A stretch of DNA of 64,000 nt from a candidate division FCPU426 bacterium (GCA_963840035.1 CAWIXE010000003.1:224001-288000), one strand, 5' to 3'; positions 19,510 through 29,358 are shown, numbered from the stretch's first letter. The notes: generated by a model not told the origin, from the sequence alone. Made by a program: numbers and translations.

Positions 19510-20763
19510 GTGGAAAAAAGAAAAATAAGTTTTGCTCCATTTTTTGTGTTTCTTTTAATGGCTTTGTTGCTGCCAAGTTGCATAAAAAATGTTCCAAATC
19601 CCACTAATCCAAGCCCGAAGCTGACCTCCATTGTGTTGTCATATACGCGTACAGCAACGTTGACCATTACGCAGACATCTACTATTACTCAGACACATAC
19701 GGTGTCACCGACAAAAACCATGTCACCAACAATTACAAATACCCCGCTTCCATTTATGCCAATAAAAGTTGCGGCGGGAGAATATCATAGTTTGGCTATA
19801 AAGGCTGATGGAACGTTGTGGGCTACGGGAAAGAATTTATATGGAGCACTTGGGACGGGCGATAATTCTGACAGGTATTCATTTGTTCAGGTACCAGGGA
19901 TGTCTGGCGTTGTGGAAATCGGCGCTGGATTGGATTACAGTATGGCTTTAAGGAATGATGGGACTTTGTGGACAACCGGGTGTGATTTTTATGGTGCGCT
20001 TGGGACCGGAGTAGCTGAGCATAGGAATACATACATCCAAGTACTTTCCGGGGTTAAAGCGATTGCTGCGGGATGGGGGCATAGTTTGGCGTTAAAAGAA
20101 GATGGAAGTCTTTGGGCTACCGGGCGTAATGTTGATGGCGCATTAGGCACGGGTGATAATAACGCACGCGGAGTTTTTGTGCAAGTTATGACCGGTGTAA
20201 GCGCCACAGCGGCAGGAGATGATCATAGTCTTGCATTAAAGTACGACGGGAGTCTATGGGCAACAGGCCTAAATAATTCAGGACAACTGGGAACTGCCGA
20301 TACCGTTAGTGTCAATAATTTCAGGCAGGTATTGACCGGAGTTGTTGATATGGATGGAGGACATGGTTTTACCTTGGCGCTAAAGAATGATCACAGCTTA
20401 TGGGCAACGGGCAGCGATTATTGTGGTGAAATCGGAGGGGGAGGACATATAAATTCTTTTGTACAGGTGTTAACCGGGGTAAGCGATATAGCGGCAGGAT
20501 CATTAACGAGTTTGGCGCTTATGGATAGCGGATATTTAGTTCTGGCAGGATGGCTAAGTTATGGATCCGGGGGAAGTTTGAACTGTAATCTCGGATTTGG
20601 CACTAGCAGTTTATATGTGACTGCGATAGCAATTGCATCAGGATGGCAACATAGTCTGGCAATAGCGTACAATGGACGATTGTGGGTGATTGGTTATAAT
20701 GAAAATGGGCAGCTGGGAACCGGAAATACTTTACAAAAAAATTATTTTTCGATTATTTATTGA
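19510..20763 (+). CDS. RCC1-repeat lipoprotein with T-rich linker
   Basis: LPSC lipobox, repeated HSLALKxDGSLWATGxNxxGxLGTGD. Confidence 0.88.
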   Translation: MEKRKISFAPFFVFLLMALLLPSCIKNVPNPTNPSPKLTSIVLSYTRTATLTITQTSTITQTHTVSPTKTMSPTITNTPLPFMPIKVAAGEYHSLAIKADGTLWATGKNLYGALGTGDNSDRYSFVQVPGMSGVVEIGAGLDYSMALRNDGTLWTTGCDFYGALGTGVAEHRNTYIQVLSGVKAIAAGWGHSLALKEDGSLWATGRNVDGALGTGDNNARGVFVQVMTGVSATAAGDDHSLALKYDGSLWATGLNNSGQLGTADTVSVNNFRQVLTGVVDMDGGHGFTLALKNDHSLWATGSDYCGEIGGGGHINSFVQVLTGVSDIAAGSLTSLALMDSGYLVLAGWLSYGSGGSLNCNLGFGTSSLYVTAIAIASGWQHSLAIAYNGRLWVIGYNENGQLGTGNTLQKNYFSIIY

Positions 20764-20982
20764 TATAGTTTTTTTTGAGAATCCCAACACCATGCCTTGA
20801 CTCAAGACATTATAAAAAAATTCCCCTTATTCTATTAGCGCTTTGTCTAAAACTGCGTAAATAATGCTTATTTTATTATCCAGGGTAAACTAATAAAAAG
20901 TAAAACGGATACAATTAAGGTTGTGAAATTGGGCGTAATTTTAAAATAGAACTTTATTTTTTTACTTGTCATTTCTTGATTT

Positions 20983-21135
20983 GTAGAGCCGCTGCTTGTC
21001 GCGGCTCTGGGCTGAAACCGATGTTTCGGGCAGCCACCATGAACTACAAGGGTTCTTGGCAAGCAGAAGGGTACCCCTGCAGGAAGTGTAGGAATTTTAA
21101 TGGCAGCCTTGAGTCGCAGCAAGCGGCGGCTCTAC
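20983..21135. repeat. REPIN of the GTAGAGCCGC family
   Basis: GTAGAGCCGCTGCTTGTCGCGGCTC ... GAGTCGCAGCAAGCGGCGGCTCTAC. Degenerate copy at about 19357-19390, relative at 29453-29477. Confidence 0.75.
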
Positions 21136-21218
21136 GAAAGGCAGAACAGGCAAGCAACTTTTTTACACCAAACAAAACCCCTTGCCAAATCGTCTAATTG
21201 CAAATATAATATAGTAAT

Positions 21219-21297
21219 AATTCAGGATTCTGAATTCTAGATTTTGGATTGAAAACAGCAGAACTTATTTGGTATTTGTGATTTGGGATACGTGATT
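21219..21297. repeat. Two heptamer tracts of different families (GATTCTN then GATTTGN)
   Basis: AATTCAG GATTCTG AATTCTA GATTTTG GATT ... TATTTGG TATTTGT GATTTGG GATACGT GATT. Confidence 0.65.
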
Positions 21298-21319
21298 GAC
21301 TATATACGGAGGTGGAGGC

Positions 21320-22348
21320 ATGTTTTTAGGTTTTACCGGGGCTAACGCGGCTGGCAAGGGCGAAGCCATAAAGTACCTTGTTGATAAGAAAAAATTCATT
21401 GCTTTCTCATTATCCGATATCATCCGGCAGGAAGCTGCCAAGCGCGGGCAGGAACCTGTTCGCGATGTTTTGATTGCCATCGGCAACGAGCTGCGCTCGG
21501 CCGAGGGGCCGGCGGTGCTGGCTAAGATGACCACCATGAAAATCAAGAATATGCCCCAGGCTGTAGTTGATTCCATAAGGAACCCTTTTGAAGTGGAAGA
21601 ACTGCGCAAATCCCTTAAAAATTTCAAGCTCATCGGCATAAACGCCTCTCCAAAGGTCCGCTTTGAGCGCGCTTTAAAGCGCGCGCGGCCGGGGGATCCC
21701 GCGACGCTGGAAGAATTCATGAAAAAGGAAGAAAAGGAAAATTCATCCGACCCCAACGCGCAGCAGCTTTCAAAGTGCTTTGAGATGTCAGACCTTAAAG
21801 TGGATAATTCAGGGTCGCCGGAAGATATGTTTAAACAAATCGATAAAATACTCGAGGACCTGAAGTATAACCCGTATGTAAGGCCAAGCTGGACAGAATA
21901 CTTTATGAAGATGGCTTATCTCGCGGCGGAGCGTTCCACCTGCATCAGGCACCATGTTGGAGCAGTCATTGTTAAGAACAACAAAGTGGTAAGCACCGGT
22001 TATAACGGGGCGGCGGCGGGGACTAAAGACTGTACGGAACTCGGGTGCCTGCGCGACCAGATGGGCATCGCCTCGGGCACTAGGCATGAGATATGCCGCG
22101 CCATACACGCTGAACAAAACGCAATAATCCAGGCGGCTCTGATGGGCACCACCACCGAAGGCGCCACAATATATTCCACCCATTCACCGTGCATCATCTG
22201 CGCGAAGATGGTGGTAAACGCCAAGATTAAAAAGTTCGTCACTTCAAAATACTACCCTGACAAGCAGTACGAGGACCTATTCAAGGAAGCCGGCGTGGAG
22301 TTTTCCATAGTTGAAAGGCCGCCTCTCGCGATAGACATCCTCGATTAA
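21320..22348 (+). CDS. P-loop nucleotide-kinase-like domain fused to dCMP/dCTP deaminase
   Basis: GANAAGKG, VVDSIRNPFE; then RPSWTEYFM, TGYNG, HAEQNA, PCIIC. Confidence 0.88.
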   Translation: MFLGFTGANAAGKGEAIKYLVDKKKFIAFSLSDIIRQEAAKRGQEPVRDVLIAIGNELRSAEGPAVLAKMTTMKIKNMPQAVVDSIRNPFEVEELRKSLKNFKLIGINASPKVRFERALKRARPGDPATLEEFMKKEEKENSSDPNAQQLSKCFEMSDLKVDNSGSPEDMFKQIDKILEDLKYNPYVRPSWTEYFMKMAYLAAERSTCIRHHVGAVIVKNNKVVSTGYNGAAAGTKDCTELGCLRDQMGIASGTRHEICRAIHAEQNAIIQAALMGTTTEGATIYSTHSPCIICAKMVVNAKIKKFVTSKYYPDKQYEDLFKEAGVEFSIVERPPLAIDILD

Positions 22349-22355
22349 TAATAAT

Positions 22356-23171
22356 ATGAAGAGATTTTTAATTATGATAATGACATGCCTCCTGGGTTTT
22401 TCCTGCGCTAATGCCGGCGACGGTGTAAACGGTTCCGGACAGCGCGGGAGCGCTGTCCCTACAGCGGCTAACCGGCAGAAATACTACGAAAACATAAGCA
22501 CATACCTTGACGGGTATAAAAAAAAATATTTTGTTTATGTCAGTAAGACCGAGAAGAAGCTGTACCTGATTGACAGGACGCAGAAGGTGTGGAAAAGCTA
22601 CATGGTGGCCACGGGCGAGGCCGAAGGCGTTAAAATGTTCGTCGGAGACAGGAAAACCCCTTCGGGCGTTTATAAAATGACTCAGATATACCAGTACCAG
22701 CTGCCGTGGTACCTCTCGCAGATAGAGGAAAAAATGAAAATGTTCCAGCCTGATTCAGGGGAGTATTTATACTACCTGAAATATTACAGGGACCTGGAGA
22801 AGAAACACAGGCGCAACAGGCAAAAGATAACGGCGTTAAACTCTTCGTACTTAAGCGCGGAGCAGGGCCATGTAAAATTTGGCACTGATGAGGACCTGGG
22901 TTATAATGCCTACGGCCCGGTTTTCATGCGCATAGATTACCCTAACTACGATGATATAAAAAGATATAACCAGGCAATTGAAAACGGCGAAGTTCCTGAA
23001 AATGAAGACGGTGAGTATGTTTCCATGGGCGGAGGAATAGCCATCCACGGCACGAACGACACCCCGTCACTGGGCAATGACGCCTCCTCAGGGTGCGTGA
23101 GGATGGAGAATAACGACATACTTGAACTGAGCAATTATGTGAGTGAAGGGACTATGGTGGTGATAGAGTAA
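22356..23171 (+). CDS. L,D-transpeptidase (YkuD) family lipoprotein
   Basis: GDRKTPSG, IAIHGT...ASSGCVRM. Confidence 0.85.
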   Translation: MKRFLIMIMTCLLGFSCANAGDGVNGSGQRGSAVPTAANRQKYYENISTYLDGYKKKYFVYVSKTEKKLYLIDRTQKVWKSYMVATGEAEGVKMFVGDRKTPSGVYKMTQIYQYQLPWYLSQIEEKMKMFQPDSGEYLYYLKYYRDLEKKHRRNRQKITALNSSYLSAEQGHVKFGTDEDLGYNAYGPVFMRIDYPNYDDIKRYNQAIENGEVPENEDGEYVSMGGGIAIHGTNDTPSLGNDASSGCVRMENNDILELSNYVSEGTMVVIE

Positions 23172-23180
23172 AGTGATATC

Positions 23181-23279
23181 AGTTCGGAGGGTGAAGGGTG
23201 GAGTTCGGAGTTCAACAAAGGCCGTTGATTAAAGCGGTGTTCTGTTTGAACTTCGAACTTTACCCTTCGAACCCCGAAC
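23181..23279. repeat. Heptamer (AGTTCGG/AGGGTGR) inverted-arm element
   Basis: AGTTCGG AGGGTGA AGGGTGG AGTTCGG AGTTCAA ... TTGAACT TCGAACT TTACCCT TCGAACC CCGAAC. Confidence 0.85.
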
Positions 23280-23297
23280 GACTTAAAGGAGGCCTTT

Positions 23298-24281
23298 ATG
23301 GCTAAAGCAGTCAAGTTATCCGAAAAAGACAGGGAAAAATCAGAAAAACTGCAGAACGTATTTAAACAGGTTGAGAAAGTCATAGTCGGGCAGGAGCCCA
23401 TGATACGCGGGCTTGTTATGGGGCTATTGTCGCGCGGACATGTGCTTTTGGAAGGCGTGCCGGGGCTGGCGAAAACTCTGGCGGTAAAGACTCTCAGCCG
23501 CACCATATCGGCTAAATTTTCGCGCATACAGTTTACGCCTGACCTCTTACCGGCGGACTTAACCGGGACCAGGATTTATAACGCGCGCACGGGAGAGTTC
23601 TCCATATCCACAGGCCCGGTCTTCGCGAACATCGTGCTTGCCGATGAAATTAACCGCGCTCCTGCCAAAGTGCAGTCAGCGCTGCTTGAGGCCATGCAGG
23701 AAAAACAGGTGACCATAGGCGACAAGACATTCAAGCTTGAGGAGCCTTTCATCGTGCTTGCCACGCAGAACCCCATTGAGACCGAAGGCACTTACCCGCT
23801 GCCAGAGGCGCAGGTGGACAGGTTTTTAATGAAAGTCATAATTGACTACCCTACAAAGGAACAGGAAATAGAGATAATAAACAGGATGACAGTCGGCGCG
23901 GAAATGGAAGTGGATACGGTTTTAAAGCCGAAAGACATCATGGACATGAGGGAGATAGTAGACGCCATATATGTCGATGACAAGATAAAGCATTATGTGA
24001 CCGACCTGGTATTCGCCACGAGAAAGCCTGAGGAGTACAAGCTCCAGCTGGGGCACCTCATAGAATACGGCTGCTCGCCCAGGGCGTCAATCAACCTGAT
24101 TCTCGCGGCCAAGGCAAACGCTTTCATTAACGGCGAAGGCTATGTCTCGCCTGATGACGTGAAAGCCATAGTCTATGAGGTCTTAAGGCACAGGCTCATA
24201 CTCTCGTACGAGGCAGAGGCTGAGGAAGTAACGCCGGATAATGTGATTGAGCAGATTGTAAATAAGGTGAAGGTTCCGTAA
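23298..24281 (+). CDS. moxR: MoxR family AAA+ ATPase
   Basis: EGVPGLAKT, RIQFTPDLLP, DEINRAPAKVQSALLEAM. Confidence 0.95.
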   Translation: MAKAVKLSEKDREKSEKLQNVFKQVEKVIVGQEPMIRGLVMGLLSRGHVLLEGVPGLAKTLAVKTLSRTISAKFSRIQFTPDLLPADLTGTRIYNARTGEFSISTGPVFANIVLADEINRAPAKVQSALLEAMQEKQVTIGDKTFKLEEPFIVLATQNPIETEGTYPLPEAQVDRFLMKVIIDYPTKEQEIEIINRMTVGAEMEVDTVLKPKDIMDMREIVDAIYVDDKIKHYVTDLVFATRKPEEYKLQLGHLIEYGCSPRASINLILAAKANAFINGEGYVSPDDVKAIVYEVLRHRLILSYEAEAEEVTPDNVIEQIVNKVKVP

Positions 24282-24286
24282 AAATA

Positions 24287-24371
24287 ATCCAGAGCCCAAA
24301 GCCCAAAGCTCAAGTGAAGGCGAAAGCAAACCCGTTTTTATCGCTACTTGGGCTATGGGCTTTGGGACTTG
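24287..24371. repeat. Heptamer (AGCCCAA) inverted-arm element
   Basis: AGAGCCCAAAGCCCAAAGCTCAAGT ... ACTTGGGCTATGGGCTTTGGGACTT. Confidence 0.85.
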
Positions 24372-24386
24372 TAGCCGGAAGGTCTT

Positions 24387-25271
24387 ATGATATCCAAAGA
24401 CATCCTTAAAAAGATAAAGCGCATAGAGATCACCACCCGCAGCCTTGTAAATACCGTATTGCAGGGCAATTACCTTTCATCTTTTAAAGGGCGCGGCATG
24501 GAGTTTGCCGAGGTGCGCGAGTACATGGAGGGCGACGATATACGGTCTATAGACTGGAATGTTACAGCCAGGATGAACACGCCTTACATAAAGAACTTCA
24601 TAGAAGAGCGCGAGCTGCAGGTGGTCTTTGCGGCGGACCTCTCGGGGTCCCTTGAGTTTGGCACTAAAGAATTGCTGAAAAAAGAGCTTATGTTCGAGTT
24701 CGTGGCGGCCATGGGGTTTACCGCCACTTTAAATAATGACCGCGTGGGGTTTATGGGGTTCTCCGCGGAGGCGGAAAAGTACATTCCGCCAAAAAAGGGG
24801 AGGAAACACGTCCTAAGGATTATCAGGGAAATCCTCTACCACCGCGGCAAGGACAGCGGGACAAACCTTTCCGCGTCGCTGGTTTACTTAAGCCACATCC
24901 TGAAAAAACGCTCCACTGTATTCATCGTCTCGGATTTTTACGACGACCACGATTATTACGACGCCCTGAAAATACTGCGGTTCCATCACGATGTAATAGC
25001 CGTGGTATTGCGCGACAGGAAGGATTATGCCCTGGATAACATCGGTTATGTGCCTTTTTACGACCCGGAGCAGGAGAAAACCGTATGGGTGGATACGGCA
25101 GACAAAGGCGCTGCGGCGAGATTCCTCAAAGCCAGCGAGGCTTCAGACAAAAAACTTTTAAAGACATTTAAGACCCTGGGAATAGACCACATGATTTTAA
25201 ACTGCGGCGAGCCGTATATAAACACGCTCATTACCTTTTTTAAGAAAAGGGAAAGAAGGAGGACCAGATGA
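24387..25271 (+). CDS. DUF58 family protein
   Basis: GRGMEFAEVREY...DIRSIDWNVTAR, EERE. Confidence 0.93.
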   Translation: MISKDILKKIKRIEITTRSLVNTVLQGNYLSSFKGRGMEFAEVREYMEGDDIRSIDWNVTARMNTPYIKNFIEERELQVVFAADLSGSLEFGTKELLKKELMFEFVAAMGFTATLNNDRVGFMGFSAEAEKYIPPKKGRKHVLRIIREILYHRGKDSGTNLSASLVYLSHILKKRSTVFIVSDFYDDHDYYDALKILRFHHDVIAVVLRDRKDYALDNIGYVPFYDPEQEKTVWVDTADKGAAARFLKASEASDKKLLKTFKTLGIDHMILNCGEPYINTLITFFKKRERRRTR

Positions 25272-26275
25272 GGTTTGAAAACAGCGGGTTCCTCTTGATC
25301 GGAATCATAATAATCCTGGTTCTCATCGCCGGATTCCTGTGGCGGAACCTGAAACTCACAAAGCTGAATTTTTCCAATTTCGCGTCATTAAAGAAATCGG
25401 CGAGCCCCGTTAATTTTATGCACCTGCTGCCCGACATATTAAAAGTAATAGGAATAATCCTCCTTGTGATAGCGCTGCTGCGGCCGCAGGAAGTAAAAAA
25501 GGAAACCCAGGAAAAGATCAAGGGCATAGACATAATGCTGGCGCTTGATCTCTCAGGCTCCATGCAGGCGGATGACTTAAAGCCAAGCAGGGTGGAGGCG
25601 GCCAAGCAGGTTTGCAGGGAATTCGTAAGCGGACTTGTAAATGACCGCGTAGGGCTTGTGGTATTTGCCGGCAAGGCCTTTACGCAGTGCCCGTTAACCG
25701 TGGATTATGAAATAGTAAAAAGTTTCATTGACCAGGTGGATTTGCAGACCGTGCGCATAGACGGGACAGCCATGGGCGAGGCCATATTGACCGCGACAAA
25801 CAGGCTGGAAGCCTCAGGCGCCTCTAAAGTTATTATTTTAACCACAGACGGCGTAAACAACCGCAGCATAAACCCCCTTGAGGCGGCGAAAGTGGCGGCT
25901 TATAAAGGGGTAAAAATTTATACAATAGGCATAGGAAGAAAAGGCGGATCCCCGAGGCTGGTCATGGACCAGTTCGGGAATAAAAGACAGGCCATGGACC
26001 CGTACACCGGCCAGCTTATCAAATGGGAAGAGCCTGATGAGAACACTTTAAAGCAGGTGGCGGAATTAACAGGCGGGCAGTATTTCAGGGCCACAAGCGA
26101 AGCGAGTTTAAGGCAGATATATGATTTAATAGGGAAGATGGAGAAGCAGGACATACAGATAAAGACATATGAAAAGAAGAGGGATTTTTTCATCTATTTC
26201 CTATGGGCCGGGCTGATATTGCTGCTGGCCGCGCTGGGGCTGGAGGCTTTTAAGTATACGAGGGTAATTAGTTAA
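25268..26275 (+). CDS. BatA-like VWA domain protein
   Basis: IALLRPQ, DLSGSM, TDG. moxR-DUF58 context. Confidence 0.88.
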   Translation: MRFENSGFLLIGIIIILVLIAGFLWRNLKLTKLNFSNFASLKKSASPVNFMHLLPDILKVIGIILLVIALLRPQEVKKETQEKIKGIDIMLALDLSGSMQADDLKPSRVEAAKQVCREFVSGLVNDRVGLVVFAGKAFTQCPLTVDYEIVKSFIDQVDLQTVRIDGTAMGEAILTATNRLEASGASKVIILTTDGVNNRSINPLEAAKVAAYKGVKIYTIGIGRKGGSPRLVMDQFGNKRQAMDPYTGQLIKWEEPDENTLKQVAELTGGQYFRATSEASLRQIYDLIGKMEKQDIQIKTYEKKRDFFIYFLWAGLILLLAALGLEAFKYTRVIS

Positions 26276-26280
26276 GCATA

Positions 26281-26445
26281 GGGATAGCGAGACAAGAGAT
26301 AGGAGACAGGAAGAAGAAAGGCAAAAAAATGACGAGACAAGAGACTGGGGAAAAGCATGAGGGAATACGAGACAAGAGACCGGAGACAGGAAAGACAGCG
26401 GGACGCGTTGTGTTTTGTTTTACTCCTGTCTCCAGTCTCCTGTCT
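26281..26445. repeat. Heptamer (GGAGACA) element with three left tracts and one right arm
   Basis: CGAGACAAGAGATAGGAGACAGG, CGAGACAAGAGACTGG, CGAGACAAGAGACCGGAGACAGG ... CTCCTGTCTCCAGTCTCCTGTCT. Confidence 0.85.
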
Positions 26446-26474
26446 GCCTTTGCTTTCCTCCATGGAGGATTTTA

Positions 26475-27515
26475 ATGCGTTTTGGTAACCCTGAAAACTT
26501 CAGGCTGTTATTCATAGTTGTGCCTTTGCTGCTTTTCTTCTTTTATAAAGTATATGTCATCATACGCAACCTTAATACTTTCTATGACAAAAAGACCGCT
26601 GCAAAGATGGCTTACGCGGTTTCGCCTGCGCTTGCCGTCGTAAAGTACCTTGTGCTGGCCGCGGCTTTTGTCTTCTTTATTATAGCTGTTGCCAGGCCGT
26701 GGGGAAAGCCGGTAAAGTCGGAAATGGAATTATCAGGGATAGACATCATGGTGGCGGTTGATGTCTCTTCTTCCATGGCCGCCATGGACCTTAAACCCGA
26801 CAGGATGGAAGTTGTAAAGCAGGGGCTGAAGGATTTTTCAATGTCGCTCTCAGGGGACAGGGTGGGAATGATTACTTTTGCCGGGACTGATTTTGTTCAG
26901 TGTCCTTTGACAGTGGACTATGACGCCTATGACCTTATAATAGACAGCCTTTACCCGGGTATGCTCTTTAAGGACGGTACTGCCCTGGGCAACGCCATAA
27001 AGTCCTGCGCTGACAGGATGGTGGAAAAAGCCGGCAAGTCAAGGATCATGATCTTAATCACCGACGGCGAATCAAACGCGGGAATACCCCCGGTGGAAGC
27101 GGCCAGATACGCGAAGGATAAGGATATAAGGATATACTCAATAGGCGTCGGGACTAAAGAGGGTGCAAAGATACCCGGCGGCGCGGACGTATTTGGCAGG
27201 AGATATTATAAGACCTATGAGGGACAGGAAGTCATCTCAAAACTTGACGATTCGGAGCTTCGCGAAGTGTCAGGCATAACAGGCGGAAAGTTCTACAGGG
27301 TGACTGACTTAAACGCCTTCAAATCAATTAAAAACGACATAAGGTTCATGGAAGAGAACAAGTCAAAAAAAGAAGAGATAAAACATGAGGAAAATTACGC
27401 CGGGTACCTGCTCATAGGTCTGATACTTTTTGTGCTGAGCCAGGCGCTTACGATAAGGGATTTAAAGACTTTTTCTTTTAAAGGGATGCTGGAAGGGAGA
27501 AAATCAAAATTTTAA
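26475..27515 (+). CDS. BatB-like VWA domain protein
   Basis: RBS GGAGGA, ARPWG, DVSSSM, TDGES. Confidence 0.88.
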   Translation: MRFGNPENFRLLFIVVPLLLFFFYKVYVIIRNLNTFYDKKTAAKMAYAVSPALAVVKYLVLAAAFVFFIIAVARPWGKPVKSEMELSGIDIMVAVDVSSSMAAMDLKPDRMEVVKQGLKDFSMSLSGDRVGMITFAGTDFVQCPLTVDYDAYDLIIDSLYPGMLFKDGTALGNAIKSCADRMVEKAGKSRIMILITDGESNAGIPPVEAARYAKDKDIRIYSIGVGTKEGAKIPGGADVFGRRYYKTYEGQEVISKLDDSELREVSGITGGKFYRVTDLNAFKSIKNDIRFMEENKSKKEEIKHEENYAGYLLIGLILFVLSQALTIRDLKTFSFKGMLEGRKSKF

Positions 27516-27610
27516 ATTTTCAATTTTATATTTTCAATTAACGGCAATAAGCGGGCCGAAATAAAGGTTTCTGTTTTTAATTGAAAATTGAAAATATAGA
27601 ATTGAAAATT
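27508..27610. repeat. Heptamer (AATTTTC) inverted-arm element between convergent stops
   Basis: AATTTTA AATTTTC AATTTTA TATTTTC AATTAA ... TTAATT GAAAATT GAAAATA TAGAATT GAAAATT. Confidence 0.9.
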
Positions 27611-28400
27611 AAGGTTTTAAAGCCATATAAACCATCCACCCCGCCACCGAGAACTGCACTATCGAGAACATCAAGTTTATGATTTTCCTGTCCGCTTTAA
27701 TCGATATTTTTGAGCCTATCAGCGCACCAGCAAAAACAACCGCCGAGAGTATGGCTGTCATGTGCCAGTCCACATGTCCCACGGCAGAGTGGCCGAAAAG
27801 CCCTGATAAAGCTGTAATTACTATCATGGCTGATGATGTGGCTACCGCGATTTTTATCGGAACGCCGAAGATTATAGTCATGAGAGGTACCTTTAAAAAA
27901 CCGCCGCCGATGCCTATTAAACTTGATATGAAACCCGCAAGGAAAAAGAGCGGCACGCCGGCCCACATGTTAATACTGTAATGTTCCCCGTTTTTTTTCA
28001 TATGTATGATGCCGGGGAGTTTTGATTTTTGATGCAGGGCCAGAACTTTTTTTGGGGCCATGAGCATGAAGAGGGCTGAACCGGTCATTGAAAGGGCAAA
28101 GATAACATACAACACCTTAACTGAGAAGTGGTTTGAGCTCAGGGAGCCCAGCACCGCGCCAATTACGGATATCGGCTCAAGTATCATTATCAGCTTCCAG
28201 TCGATGAGTTTTTCCATGTGATAAACAGCCGAGGCTGTTAAGCTCATGATGAGGATGATAGCAAGGGATGTGGCGACAGCCGCGTGGAATGATACGCCGG
28301 CCTGAAGCAGTATGGGGACGTAAAGCACCCCGCCGCCCAAGCCCAGCATGGAGAATATGACGGCGACGGCGAAGACGGCGATAAGTAGCAGGGAGGTCAT
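27609..28400 (-). CDS. TauE/SafE (TSUP) sulfite exporter family protein
   Basis: GLGGGVLYVP, AVATS, GIGGGFLKVP. The longer ORF start at 28448 lies in a repeat. Confidence 0.88.
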   Translation of the reverse strand: MTSLLLIAVFAVAVIFSMLGLGGGVLYVPILLQAGVSFHAAVATSLAIILIMSLTASAVYHMEKLIDWKLIMILEPISVIGAVLGSLSSNHFSVKVLYVIFALSMTGSALFMLMAPKKVLALHQKSKLPGIIHMKKNGEHYSINMWAGVPLFFLAGFISSLIGIGGGFLKVPLMTIIFGVPIKIAVATSSAMIVITALSGLFGHSAVGHVDWHMTAILSAVVFAGALIGSKISIKADRKIINLMFSIVQFSVAGWMVYMALKP

Positions 28401-28434
28401 AGGCTGGGCCAGTAGTTTAGAGTCAGCAGATCGA

Positions 28435-28501
28435 AGCACATAGCCCATAGCCCAAAGCTCAGGTAAAAGCCCCGTACTACTTGGGCTCTGGGCTTTGGGC
28501 T
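28435..28501. repeat. Heptamer (AGCCCAA) inverted-arm element
   Basis: AGCACAT AGCCCAT AGCCCAA AGCTCAG GTA ... TAC TTGGGCT CTGGGCT TTGGGCT. Confidence 0.88.
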
Positions 28502-29217
28502 CATCTGTATCTCCCCATCAGGTCATTCAACCGTATCTTAAACAGCTCCGCGAACATCCTTGTGGAGTCTTTTAAAAAGCTTACCTTTGTCGCCGGGGAG
28601 TTGGTCCACTCTACCGGGGTTTCCATTATCTTAAAACCCATTTTTTTAGCAATGTAAAGGACTTCCACGTCAAAGCCAAAGCCGTTAATGGTCTGCCTGG
28701 AAAATATCTCCGCGGCGGCTTTGCGCGTAAAACACTTAAAGCCGCACTGCGTGTCGTGAAGAGGCAGCCCGGCAACAAGGCGCACAAGCAGGTTAAAAAA
28801 TTTTCCACCGAGTTCCCGCAAATGGCTCTGCGCCACTTTTACCCGCGAGCCGGGGATGTCGCGCGAGGCGATTACCACGCCATAACCGGTCTCAGCGTAT
28901 TTTTTGAATTCTATGAGGTGTTTAATCGGGGTGGAGAGGTCGGCGTCGGTAAAAAGCATTATGGAACCGCTGGCGTGCTGTATGCCGTTTTTTACGGAAA
29001 AGCCTTTGCCCATATTTTTCGGGTTTTTAATGACCTTAAGAGCCGGCCATTTAAGTTTGACCGCGGCCGCGACGGTGTTATCGGTGCTGCCGTCGTCAAC
29101 GACAATGACCTCGGCCTTTATCTTCTTTGAAGTGAGGAATTTCCGGATTTCCTTTAATGTGGCAGGAAGCCTGGTTTCTTCGTTGAAAGCAGGTATTATA
29201 ATAGAAATCAAAGCCAT
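28501..29217 (-). CDS. GT2 polyprenyl/dolichyl-phosphate glycosyltransferase
   Basis: IIPAFNEE, VDDGSTD, FTDADLS, DTQCGFK, FDVE. Confidence 0.9.
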   Translation of the reverse strand: MALISIIIPAFNEETRLPATLKEIRKFLTSKKIKAEVIVVDDGSTDNTVAAAVKLKWPALKVIKNPKNMGKGFSVKNGIQHASGSIMLFTDADLSTPIKHLIEFKKYAETGYGVVIASRDIPGSRVKVAQSHLRELGGKFFNLLVRLVAGLPLHDTQCGFKCFTRKAAAEIFSRQTINGFGFDVEVLYIAKKMGFKIMETPVEWTNSPATKVSFLKDSTRMFAELFKIRLNDLMGRYR

Positions 29218-29358
29218 CAAAAGCTCCTTTGCTTTTTTTATATCCGATAATATGATAACTTATAGGGAAAAGGTTGTAAAGGGAAAATGAGGTTCATATC
29301 CGCGCAGCCTGAAAGCTGCGGAAGGAAGGCTTAAGGGGCGCACATGCCGCGCGAGACG

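Noticed and set aside
26272..26463. 63-aa minus-strand ORF and the 5' extension of the batB-like ORF from 26415
   Set aside because: Both are read through the GGAGACA repeat element. A clear RBS supports the start at 26475.
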